Assembly (NCBI GenBank): GCA_964016885.1
Contig: OZ024741.1
Span: forward strand, 345,340,001-345,404,000
DNA: 64,000 nt
Origin: Eledone cirrhosa
Taxonomy: Eukaryota
Reading direction: 5' to 3'
Part shown: positions 52,601-63,841 of the stretch, piece by piece
Layout: each line of letters begins with the position of its first letter
Position numbering within the stretch: the stretch's first letter is position 1
Position numbers and translations under genes: made by a program
Notes under the pieces: generated by a model
The model's input: only the letters and a program-made list of their open reading frames with translations
What the model was told of the DNA's origin: nothing
Databases searched by the model: none

Positions 52601-53015
52601 CTGAGGACGATGTCCTTCGGAAGCTGGCTGGTAAGGTGGTCTGCAGGTCCATCACACCTGAACTGGGCGAGGAACTCTGCCCGGTGTAACTAGTGGTCTG
52701 CACATGCCTTCAGCCACTGGAGTTCAACAGGGCGACCCTTTGGAGTCAACTCGTCCAAGTCAAAGGTGGTGAATTTAAACCATAATAGAGGGCTTTGCAA
52801 ACTACGCCTCGGACGTGCGATCTCTCCTCACTGACTTCGACACTCATACCAGAGTGGCAGCTGAGGAGATACGCAACATTAGGTTTGATGACTTTGGATG
52901 ACAACAGGCCACCTTACCCACTAAAAACGGGAGCCTTGGTCTCCCGTTTTGCTGGCGCTTCTTTCATTGGTAACCTCTTGCTGTGTCCTCATCAGTTAGG
53001 CAAATAACTCTTTTT

Positions 53016-54698
53016 GGCATACGTCAAAACGGCCGGTCGCAAAAGTGAAACTAATTTTTGACAGTTACGTACGTCATTACTTTCAATTTGGATTGTGAAT
53101 TTGTTTATTTTTTTACAACAGGTCTCAATAGTGAAAGTGAATTTTGTTGATGGTGTTAATTAGTATTGCGTGTACGTGATAATTTTTGTTTAATTCTTTT
53201 TTTGTGTATTGTGTGTACGGAAAATTTTTTTTTAAATAATGACATTGTGTGTTGAAATAAATAAATATTGAAACTCCTTATTTAAATAATGACATTGTGT
53301 GTTGAAAGAAATATTGAAAATCCTTATTACACCCTATAAATAGCTGAAATACAGTTGATCATCTCGCCAAACTTGTTGGCACCAACTCTGTCGCCAAAGA
53401 AATTAAGGTAGGGTCATAAGAAGGACAGAGAATCATAAGGGATTTGGGTCAAAGGGGCAGCTTGGGGTCAGAAAGGCAGATATCTGTCAGAAGGGCTGGG
53501 AAAATTTTTTTTTTTTTTAAACAAAGCACTGAAGGGCTGGATTGTAATACAGTGTCACATCAAATATGGCTGGACGAGTGTATGGTCGCGTTACCTTAGT
53601 TGAAGATATTTTGGATACCAATGCTATTCTTAATCGTTTTGAAACAGTGTATACACTGTGTCCGGCGATACACGGTGACACGTTGTGTATGTTACAGTGG
53701 TTGGCGAGTCGGCGTCTGTTGGCGAACAGTGTGAATTGTCCTGTCTGCAATGAGGCGTGCACATTGCAAAGAAATTCTGAGGGGATTGATAAATGGAAAT
53801 GGCGATGCGCCCACGACAAATTTAGTCAATCGGTGCGACGGAATTCTTTATTTTATCAAAGCCGTGTTCGACTCGAACACCTTATTGGCATTATGTATAT
53901 GTGGTGCTACGATCATCCACAAACTGAGATGTTCAAAGAAACAGAACTTAGCAACCAGACAATTATAGACTGGTGCAATTTCCTTAGAGAAATTTGTGAG
54001 CAGTATTTGGAGGCGAATCCTCAACAGCTTGAAGGATTCGATAAGAATGGTTCGTCGATCATTGTAGAGATCGACGAATCAAAATACTTTCATCGAAAGT
54101 ATCATCGTAGCCAGTGGAGACAAGGCCACTGGGTCTTCGGCGCTGTAGAACGCCATTCTGGACACTGCTGCCTCATCGCAGTCCCAGATCGAAGCCGTGA
54201 GACTCTTGTCCCCATGATACAGCAATGGATTTTGCCAGGAAGCCACATCATGTCCGATGGTTGGGCTTCCTATTCGGATATTGAAGACATTCAAGGTGGC
54301 ATTTACCTCCATGATGTTGTTGTGCACCAACGGAACTTTGTAGATCCTGAAGACCCTAATGTGCACACACAACTCATAAAGAACACATGGAACCGTGCAA
54401 AGAAAAAGCTTCGTCGCCAGCATGGGACAAGCGATGCTTTATTCCCCTCATATCTAACTGAATTTCTTTGGCGGCAGATGGTTGGTGCCAACAAGTTTGG
54501 CAAGATGATCAACTGTATTTCAGCTATTTATAGGGCGTAATAAGGATTTTCATAAGGTACATCAATTTATATTTCATATGCAACAAATGTATAGTTATTT
54601 TTTAAACAAACAAATTCACAATCCAAATTGAAAGTAATGACGTACGTAACTGTCGAAAATTAGTTTCACTTTTGCGACCGGCCGTTTTGACGTATGCC
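53016..54698 (+). mobile_element. Full-length Merlin DNA transposon
   Basis: ~90-bp TIRs GGCATACGTCAAAACGGCCGGTCGC.. / ..GCGACCGGCCGTTTTGACGTATGCC; 8-bp TSD CTCTTTTT. Confidence 0.93.
53566..54540 (+). CDS. Merlin (IS1595/ISXO2-like) transposase, uninterrupted 324-aa ORF
   Basis: CPVC zinc ribbon, IVEIDES, WVFGAVER, SDGWASY, HTQLIKNTW (catalytic E appears replaced by K). Confidence 0.9.
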   Translation: MAGRVYGRVTLVEDILDTNAILNRFETVYTLCPAIHGDTLCMLQWLASRRLLANSVNCPVCNEACTLQRNSEGIDKWKWRCAHDKFSQSVRRNSLFYQSRVRLEHLIGIMYMWCYDHPQTEMFKETELSNQTIIDWCNFLREICEQYLEANPQQLEGFDKNGSSIIVEIDESKYFHRKYHRSQWRQGHWVFGAVERHSGHCCLIAVPDRSRETLVPMIQQWILPGSHIMSDGWASYSDIEDIQGGIYLHDVVVHQRNFVDPEDPNVHTQLIKNTWNRAKKKLRRQHGTSDALFPSYLTEFLWRQMVGANKFGKMINCISAIYRA

Positions 54699-54914
54699 CT
54701 CTTTTTAATGTATGCTGAATAAGCAAGAGTAGAAAACAAGACTTATTACTTATTAAAATTGAACTGCTAAGAGGAAATCAATGAGTTTCATATATTTGAT
54801 AATACAGCTACTTCAGATAAAAATAGGGATGTAGACAAATTAAACACAAATTACTCGTTAGACACAGACAGAATGCCCAATGATTTGAATAATGGCTATA
54901 GATAGGATACTCTA

Positions 54915-55090
54915 CATCCCCATAGTACTACTCGGTATCCGCACTTCAATTAAAGAGGACCTTGGATTCTCTCCAGCCGAGCTTTTGTACGGTACTACTT
55001 TATCTCTGCCAGGGCAGATGCTTGCCCCAGTTGATCTTTCTACTCAGGACCCTACACTATGTGACCCATTTGCGTTCGTATTTTCCCCTG
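54915..55090 (+). pseudogene. Gypsy integrase C-terminal fragment
   Basis: PIVLLGIRTSIKEDLGFSPAELLYGTTL.LPG. Confidence 0.85.
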
Positions 55091-55687
55091 GTCAGCTCTG
55101 TCTATCTGGTCTCGTCTGAGGTTTTTCACCAGAGAGCGTGATTGAGATTGACCATGTATTCATACACAATTCCCATTGTTCAGATTGACCTTATTGCATA
55201 TGAAAATGTTGCTATTGCGAGGTGCGACGTAGTTCCATTACATGGCTATTTAGGTCGAAGACAAAGGAATTGCCATGACTCATTTTCCTTAATGTTTCAT
55301 TAAAAGAACTTACCCAATAGTCTAATGCTTTGCTTGTAACCAAATCCAGCAAACCTAAATCCTATGTTAAGATGGATAGATATGCTGATCTAATACATGT
55401 GGACACACATTACAGAAACTATTATTATAAAACATTGATATTAATGTAATTATTATATAGTATAGTGGTTAAGGACTAGGTAAAATTGAACAAGCCAATA
55501 TATATATATATATAGACTCCTAGGGATGGAAAAATGGCTAATAATAACATTTTACAAACAGCAGGAGTGAACAAATTTAGCATCGGAAAGATGTCAAAAT
55601 CAGATACCATTGTTTAATACAGCGACACTAGTGTTAATAGAAAATAAATTAACCAAACAAAATATTGATTACTGAAATAAGTACTGA

Positions 55688-55842
55688 CTTTTGCAGCAAC
55701 TCTTGTCTAGGAACCGGAATATTTTGAGATGGAGATATGACTGCTGCATAGACAAAAGTCTGATAAACACTGATGAATTGTGGTTTGCCACAAATAATAT
55801 TGAAAAAGCAAAATGCATTCTTGAAGGTACTCCTACATATAC
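55688..55842 (+). pseudogene. NS1: Parvoviral NS1 helicase snippet
   Basis: CIDKSLINTDELWF..NNIEKAKCILEGTPTY; nucleotide-similar to ~47132-47275. Confidence 0.78.
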
Positions 55843-56379
55843 AAAGCTGAGGTTACTATGATCAATTAAAAATAACCTAAATTCAGTAGTGGCCCCAGCA
55901 TAGTTGCAGTCTTGACTGAAACAAGTAAAAGTATAAATGAGGTTAAAAAATTATAATCTTATTAACTACATCTTATCTCAGACATACTCTTAAGTTCTTG
56001 GAGTTGAGTTGAGATTCAAAATTATAATAAGGATACTTTTTTTTTTAAAATGTTAATGAAAAAAATATTTAAAAAATGAAGAGAAAAATGGCAAAATGGA
56101 TAATGGATATATCATATAAAATTCCTCCTGGTGTGAGTTCAAATCCAGTCCAGGTCAATTTTGATGGTCCATCTTTCCCAGGACAATAAAATATAAGCAT
56201 CTGCTATAATACTAAAGTCAATACAATTGACAAATCCTTGAGAGCAATGCCTACTGAAACCAGTAAAAGAATAAAAAGGTATTGTGTATAGGTAGCTGTA
56301 ACAGGTTATAGTGGTACTATGGTTCATGTACACCTCACATCAAGAACAAATTGGTTCACGAACAATTTTTCTGAACAAG

Positions 56380-56520
56380 TAACGCATTAATAAGCTATTC
56401 GGCAAAAACTAACTATGTAAATGGCCGCAAGGTTTACGTAACTATAAAATTACGCGAAGTGGTACTACCAGACAGGCCATGCGTTAAAGTAATATTACCA
56501 AAAAACCTCTTTCATTTATA
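56380..56520 (+). pseudogene. VP: Parvoviral capsid C-terminus (relative of EVE1 VP)
   Basis: SAKTN.CKWPQGLRNYKITRSG..R* versus EVE1 SAKTNLCKWPQGLRNYEITRTG..R*; downstream TAAAGTA.TATTAC also conserved. Confidence 0.85.
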
Positions 56521-57411
56521 CTTTCAGATAGGGACCATCGGACTCTTACGCGAATTGTTAGAAAGGATCACAAAAGTACAGCTCCCAAAATTATTGCAGA
56601 GCTTAATGACCACCCCAAGAATCCAGTTTCCACAAAAACTGTTCGCCGGGTGCTGCACAAAGCCAGATTTCACGGGAGGGCTGCAATCGGAAGACCACTG
56701 CTTTCAAAAACAAACGTTGCAAAGCGTTTAGAGTGGAGTAAAAACCTACAGAATTGGTCCCTAGAGCAGTGGAAGAATGTTATTTTCTCGGACGAGTCAT
56801 CCTTTACCTTATTTCCGACCACCGGCCGAGTATACATGTGGAGACAGCCAAAAGAAGCATTTGACCCAGACTGCCTTCTTCAAACTGTTAAACATGGAGG
56901 AGGATCTGTGATGATCTGGGGGGGCTATATCTTGGAAATCCGCTGACCCAATGATTTCCCTTCATGGCAGAATTAATAGTCAAAACTATTTAGGCATTTT
57001 ATCTGATCAAATTCATCCTATGGTTGTGGAACTGTTTCCGTGGGGAAACAGTAATCTTTCAGGATGATAATGCACCAATTCACACAGCTAAAGTTGTTAC
57101 TGAATGGCACGAGGAACATTCTAGTGAAGTTGAACATCTTATCTGGCCACCACAGTCCCCAGATCTCAATATTATTTAACATTTATGGTGCATTTTAGAA
57201 AAACAAGTAAGGAGTCGATATCCTCCACCATCACTACAAGAACTGGAGACTGTTTTAGCTGAAAAATTCATTTGAAAACAATTCAAACTTTGTACGAGTC
57301 CATACTTCATAGAATTCAAGCTGTAAATTACTGCCAAAGGCGGTCCTACCCCATATTAAAATAAATTTGTTTGAAATTTTAAGGTGTTTCCATTATTTTG
57401 TCCAACCCCTG
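56520..57411 (+). mobile_element. 5'-truncated Tc1 transposon
   Basis: WKNVIFSDES, TVKHGGGSVMIWG, FQDDNAPIH, WPPQSPDLNII; right TIR ..TTGTCCAACCCCTG|TA. Confidence 0.92.
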
Positions 57412-57412
57412 T

Positions 57413-57580
57413 AGATATATAGAATACGTTTTCGTATGCGAATCGCCGTTTCTGAAACACGTAAGAATCAGAAACGCCAAATTGAAGAATCCAAGACTTC
57501 AACGAAACTGACAACTCCAACAAAGAAAACTACGACCCAAGAGCAAAGTGGAGAAAATACGCAAGGAAATTGAACTCAGA
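57413..57580 (+). pseudogene. NS1: Parvoviral NS1 C-terminal snippet (relative of EVE1 NS1)
   Basis: RYIEYVFVCESPFLKHVR versus EVE1 RYTEYLFKATSPFLKHVK; DNSNKEN versus DSDKEN. Confidence 0.72.
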
Positions 57581-57629
57581 AAGATATGCTGAATCGGCGA
57601 CAAAATTATAATTATATTCATAATGCATC

Positions 57630-57959
57630 GTCAAAGCTGCCTTCCAAGAGCTCGATTGGGAGGTTCTTCACCACCCAGCGTATTCTCCAGATCTCGTGCC
57701 AACCGACTCATCTTTTCCGCTCATTATCGAACCAAATGAGGGGCGTAACCTTCGACAATGACGAGGACCTTGCAAATTGGCTTAACAACTTCTTCGAGTC
57801 CAGGTCTGGCGATATGGCATCAATACATTGGTCGATAGGTAGGAGCAGGTCGTAAACAATGACGGAAAATACATACTTGACTAATTTGTTATTATTCTTA
57901 TTATTTTCAGTAAAACTTCTTAATAAAAAAAACGGCGAGAAATTTATGTTACAACCTAA
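57630..57959 (+). mobile_element. mariner 3' fragment
   Basis: WEVLHHPAYSPDLVPTD..LFRSLSN; right TIR ..TTATGTTACAACCTAA|TA. Confidence 0.85.
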
Positions 57960-58538
57960 TACTTCATCTTAATAACGGAAATGCCTTAAATGTATTCTCG
58001 TGCTTATGCGTGATAATTGAAGAAAATTTAAAGAAATTTCAAAACTTAATTAGCTTTTAAAAAAAAAGTTGTTTATTTCCACATAGATAGGAACTTTTAA
58101 GTTCAGATGTGTATCATCACATTAAATTAATGAAAAGCATTATTAAAGGTTTATATGATTAATTTTGCAAGGGTAAGATCGCTTCATTACTTCAAATGTT
58201 TCAAGACGTAATACATGCCATGAAAAGACCTTAGGTGGCGTATTCTTAAAATGGATTTAGTTTGTAGTCTATTTTTGAAGCTTACGTGTTTATGAAACTC
58301 CCGTTTATCATTTAAATGTAACAATAATTTCAAAGCTCCGTTAAATGTAGAGTAGTTATGAAAAGTCGTCAGTTTTCATGTTTAACCTTTAAACATATTG
58401 TTAACATAGAAAGATATTGTTGTTTCCAAAAACTGGCTGGGTCTGCTCGACGAGTCACACCTTAAAAAACACGCCAAATAGTTTCTCTGCGTGTTGTTAT
58501 GTTACGATTTATGTTGATCTTATGCAGATCTCTATCTA

Positions 58539-59410
58539 TCAGGTTAGTGCAAAAGTAATGTCCAATTTATAGGAAGAATGTTTCAGAGAGAATTTATCAA
58601 ATTTGTGCCTCTTGTTATAGTTTCGAGATGTCTCTGACTAATTTATACCTTTTTCTTTCAGATTATCTACATTTTGTTCATAATTGTCAGCAACATTTGC
58701 ACCCATGTTTGCCCCATCTAAAGATCATATTAGAAATGTTTTACACTGAGTTTCATAAAGGTGTCAATGCAAGCACAGCAGCAAAATCTATTCAGAGCGC
58801 TTATGGGGTTAATGCAGTGAATGAAGGAAGTTGCAGGAGGTGGCTTTCCTGTTTCCGAAGTGGGGGTTTCAGTTTGAAAGACGAGCGAAAAAACTTGATT
58901 CCGATGTGTTGGAAGCTATTGTCTCAGAAAACCCCACCATTACCACTAGGGAACTTGCAGAACAATTAAACGTAGTCCATACAACCGTGCTACGCCAACT
59001 GAAAAGGATCGGAAAGGTTTCAGTGGTTGGAAAATGGGTCCCACACGAGCTGTCTCCAGATAATCTGCAACGTGTTGCTTGTTGTGAATCATTGCTTTCG
59101 CGACACCTTCAAGCACCATTTTTAGGTAGGCTTGTTACAGGTGATGAGAAGTGGATCCTTTACCATAATGTTAAATGCCGCCGATCTTGGATCAGTCGAG
59201 GAGGAAGACCAGTTCAACAACCGAGAGGAGGACTTCATCCAAAGAAGATCATGTTGAGTGTATGGTGGGATATTGAAGGAATAATCCATTATGAACTGTT
59301 AGACAACAATCAAACAATTAATGATAATCTTTACTGTGATTAACTTTGTCGTGTGAAGGCAGCTTTGAACCAAAAGGGACCTTCCTTGATCAACAAAAAG
59401 GGTGTCATCT
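58539..59410 (+). mobile_element. mariner 5' two-thirds
   Basis: TA|TCAGGTTAGTGCAAAAGTAATG TIR; GKWVPHELS, LVTGDEKWILY.N, HPKKIMLSVWWD. Confidence 0.92.
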
Positions 59411-59569
59411 TTTATTTATTTTTTTTTTTTCTTCTGCCTTTATGGATGTCGAGGAAAATTTGTGGTTTTCCCGTTGTTCTGAACATCTAAAAAAATTTCT
59501 GCATTCTTTTTACGTGGATATCACTTATTTTTGTACGTCCAAGTTGATACAGATTGACAATGAGTGGTC

Positions 59570-60110
59570 CTAATTTACTTGCGTTCTCAGGTTATCCCAC
59601 TCTGGTTTGCACAACTCGACGCATATTTCGCTGCGAGTGGAGTGAAAACAGAGCAAAAGCTCAACGTTTTGATAAGCGGCATTCCTTCTTCACTCGCCAC
59701 AACGGTGAAGGATTTAATAACAGACCCGTCAGCCGGTATTTCGTATGATTCGTTACGAGCAGAAATATTGACAAGAAACAGTCGTTCTACTGAAAGCAGA
59801 TTTCATTCATTGTTAGATGACGTGTGTTTAGGCGACAAAACACCGTCTGAAATTTTGTGAGATATTAGGGACCTCAGCGACTCGACCGACGAAGATAGCT
59901 CATTTATAAAAAAAACTATTTTTCTCTCGCCTGCCAAGCAACGTCCAAATTATTTCCGCTGATCGGATCATAGAATTTTCTTGAAAGGTTACCGCCCCAG
60001 ACTCGTGTGTTGCTTCTTCACTTTCGAACCAGCCTCTCTCGACGCGCGAGGATGCCATGTTAAAGGCTGTTGATGCTTTGACACAGAAAGTCGCTCGTTT
60101 ATGCAGGGAG
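59570..60110 (+). pseudogene. Gypsy gag fragment
   Basis: P.LWFAQLDAYF..P....YDSLRAEIL.R..LL....LGDKTPS..LF.SRLP.NVQ. Confidence 0.75.
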
Positions 60111-60439
60111 AATAGGCTGTATTCCCGGTGCAATAAACATTTCAATATGTTATTTTTGGGTTTCAACACGCACAAAATGAAAATAAATATGCGAAAATGA
60201 AAATAAATTTCATTTCCAACGTGAAACTTAAACCATTGGCTTTTTCATTTTTAACATAAACCTTGAAATTGGGCATTACTTTAAGAATTTTTTTTCGTGG
60301 AAAGTTTTTATAAAATCGAATATGTATACCGATTCCCATAGGATCTATGTTCCACACATAAATTTTCAAAGGAATTTGTGCAGTAATAAGAAAATTATTA
60401 ACAATATAACGGGGTGTCCTATACAGTGTTTGTATAACT

Positions 60440-60975
60440 TATTTTCGGCAGAGAAATGTGGTTCTACAAACGTGTTTTTCTGTTGAAGACCCGCTTTGCT
60501 TTTGCAGTAACATCGATGGACTTTTCGAATGTTTATCACAAAATCATGATCCCGCAGAGTGGCGTTTATTTATTGACTCTTCAAAACGAAGTTTAAAAGC
60601 TCTACTTCTCCATAATGGTAATTTGAAACCCTCCATTCCTATTGCACACTCCGTTCATCTTCACGAATCATGAGAATATGGAACTTTTACTTCACGCCAT
60701 TGCCTATGAAAGATACTCATGGAAAATATGTGGAGATGTAAAAGTCATTGGAGTGTTAATGGGATGCAGTCAGGTTTAACAAAATACTGTTGTTTCTTGT
60801 GTTGATGGGATAGTCTAGTAACTGACAGACATTATTCGGAATCAAACTGGCAAACAAGAACATCATACCAGCCAGGACTGGCTAGCGTCAAGAATACATC
60901 TCTTTTAGATCCATGTAATGTCTTATTACCTCCTTTGCACATAAAGCTTAGACTGATGAAACAGTTTGTAAAGAC
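60440..60975 (+). pseudogene. Chapaev3-type transposase fragment
   Basis: EWRLFIDSSKRSLKALLLHNGN..PSIPIAHS, WKICGD.KV, LLPPLHIKL.LMKQFVK; paralogous to 37678-39871. Confidence 0.85.
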
Positions 60976-62270
60976 ACTACGTTCATACTTTGACGGCCTA
61001 CCACGTCTCTCGAGCACGGACGCCAAGTTCTGCGAAAGACCGATCACAGCCACTGAGCTACAGGACGCTCTAGGCCACTGCAGGAAACGCAAATCACCCG
61101 GTCTAGATGGTCTACCCTATGAGTTTTACATAGGCATGCCAGACTTGTTCTCTGGCGTCCTCGAAGCCGTCTACTGCAACTGGCAGCAGAACGGGAGAAT
61201 TCCCAGTTCTGTAAGCAAGGTGCGTAGTAACGCTGATCAGGAAAGACAAGAACAAGGAGGACGAAATAATTAACTTCAGGCCCATAACTCTCCTAAACAC
61301 ACAGTTAAAGATTTTGGCCAAAAATATAAACAACAGTACACATACATCAACACGAATAACAAAAACTTGGCGGTGGAAACCGAGGGGAACACTTTCGTCA
61401 AATCAGAGACAGCACCACACCTAAAACTTATAAGGGTTTTGATGGAAACCTACCAGAAACTCATGGGTCAATTTTCGCAGGACATTGGAAACCCATTAAC
61501 CGCATCCTCTTGAAACGTTTCCCCACCCCACCCAAATGGAGATTGAACAACCCGATCTCCAGGAAACGAAAAGGTAAGTGCATCTTTTCGTCCTTTTTGC
61601 CAACATGGTAAATTTACGAGCTGGAAGCGTGAATGTGTGTGGCCTAGGGATGCCCTGGAAACAGGGCCAACTTTTAAACGACTTTAGGTCACATGGTATG
61701 GATGTGATAGCCATTAGCGCGTCCAGGATCCACAATAAGCAGCAACTAACCCCCATCTTTGATGACCGAGATCTACGCATCTCTGTCAGCCAGGAGATGG
61801 AGGGGGAGTAGCTGTTATGTTTCGGAAAAACCTGGACCTCGAAATACAGCAAATACACTTGGACCCAGTCTGAAGGCTCCATCTACAACAGTGTTGTAGA
61901 TGGAGCCTTCAGACTGGTGACCGTGACATAGCTGGAGTTCTTTCTGGGAACGTCTAACTCTTTGCTTTTCGTGGGGGGCTGGAATGGTATCTTGGACGCA
62001 CGTTGGGACTATGTAGGAACATGCCTCAGTAGAGGGGAGTGCAACAGCCTCAAAAGTTTAATCAGCCAATTCCAACTGGCCAATAGGTATCGACTAGATT
62101 TCCAGACTGCACCACAGTGGACGTGGACAAATCGCAGTGGGACAACTAGATCGTATTTAGATAGATTCTTAATTAGAGAGAGAGACAGAAAAATGTAAAT
62201 AAAGCTGTCCACAAATGTACATGGTTGCCTATTCGGACCACAAACTAGTCACTTGCATAGTCAACCATGA
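60976..62270 (+). pseudogene. Tx1/L1-like LINE pieces: RT start, ORF1-like tail, then APE endonuclease
   Basis: KSPGLDGLPYEFY..NFRPITLLN..KILAK (60976-61322); SVNVCGL..GGWN.ILD..WTWTN..SYLDRFL..SDHKLV (~61605-62255). Confidence 0.85.
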
Positions 62271-62281
62271 TAGAACACATA

Positions 62282-63841
62282 CCGTATATACTCGCACTTT
62301 TTTAACGATAAATAAGTATAAATTTTTGGGGTGCGACCTATCCGATCGACATCAGACTGACCAATGATTTTTCATACACTTAATCAACGATGGGTATTTA
62401 TAAAAATAACTTAATATTTTTTATTATTTAACATAATAATTTCATATATCTAACTTCTTATACATATATTTCTTGATTTTAAATTTTTTACTAAAACTTA
62501 TTAGTATTTATGGTTTTTTCTATATGACCGAACCATCCATCACTAAAATCCATAGAAATGCATACCCGGTATTTAAAATGTGATTTCATTGTCTTAGCGT
62601 TGCTATGAACACGTATTGTGACGTATTTACTTTAACAAGAAACAGATTATTGCATGTGGCGTTTCTTTTCAAAATTAGCAAGTGAGAAAAGTTGATAGTT
62701 GAAATTTTTTTTATAATTCACTGAGAAATATGAATTCCGGTAAGAGAAAAAGTTATCAAACAGTTTTCAAGTTAAAGGTGGTTGGTTATGCAGAAGAATT
62801 TGGAAATAGATCAGCAGAAAGGGAGTTTGGAGTGTCAGAAAAGGTGGTGAGAGGTTTGAGGAAACAAAAAGACAAGCTGGGAGAAATGCCTAAATCAAAG
62901 AGAGCAGCAAGGTTTGGAGCATCACCATGTCAAGATCTTGAAAAAGAGATAAATGATTGGGTTTTAGATATCAGGGAAAATGGACACATTGTTACAAGAC
63001 TTTCTATAAGAACAAAAGCCCTTCAACTTGCACCAAAGTACCACTTATCCCAATTTAAATCGTCAGCAGGATTTTCCACCAGGTTTATGAATAGGTTTGG
63101 ACTGACTCATCGCCAAAAGACATATTGCACAAAAGCTGCTAAAAGATATTGATGACAAAGTGCACAATTTTGTAAAATTTGTGTTAAAGGAAAGAAAAAT
63201 ATAGCCAACATGGATGAAACACCCATGTACTTTGACATGCCAGGCAACACAACTGTGGATAGTGTAGGTAACAAAACTGTTACAGTCAAAACCACAGGTC
63301 ATCAAAAACATTTTACTGTTGTTCTAGCATGCCAGGCTGATGGACAAAAACTTCGCCCTATAGTTATTTTCAAAAGGAAAATTATGCCGAAAGAGAATTT
63401 TCCAAGCGATGTGATTGTGAAGGTACATCCAAAGGGCTGGATGGACGAGAACTTAAAGTTATGGCTTGATGAAGTGTGGATGAAAAAGCCAGGGGCATTA
63501 CTGAAGCCACAAAGTTTGGGATGTTTCGATCTCACTGCTGTGAGTCTGTAAAGGCTAAGCTGAAGGATTGTAAAACAAGACAAGCAGTGATTGCACCTTA
63601 GTCTTACAACCCCTTGATGTGGCAGTAAATAAGCCCTACAAGACATATCCGTAAACTCTGGACTTCTTGGATATCAGGTGAAAAAGAAATTACCAAAGGT
63701 GGATCAGTGAAAAGACCTGGCTTGAGATTAGTGGTGGAGTGGTTGAAGGAGGCTTGGGAAAGTATCCCTGAAGAGCTAATAATGAAGGCTTTCAAAAAAA
63801 TGTGGCATATCAAATGCGATGGAGGGGACCGAAGATGATGA
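62282..63841 (+). mobile_element. pogo-family transposon (Brinker-like DBD, CENP-B HTH, DDE), disrupted
   Basis: TA|CCGTATATACTCG TIR; KSY...FKLKVV.YAE..GNR.A.REFGVSEK, MDETPMYFDMP, KGWMD, LQPLDV.VNKP. Confidence 0.9.

Larger units (their letters stand above)
48100..52930 (+). pseudogene. CRE-clade non-LTR RT remnant split by the hAT insertion
   Basis: AGSSGNFDGFQPGHLK before 48296; FSASLTAHRKKEGGI.P..LRKLAGKV and GVQQGDPL after 52544. Confidence 0.65.

Noticed and set aside
53566-54540. Bacterial IS1595 contamination or horizontal transfer
   Set aside because: Long TIRs, an 8-bp TSD and degraded paralogues in the same window fit the eukaryotic Merlin superfamily.
22227-63813. Short - strand ORFs within the oriented block
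   Set aside because: They are antisense shadows of + strand TE or viral coding sequence with no recognisable motifs; the inverted pogo copy at 63842-64000 is the only real exception.
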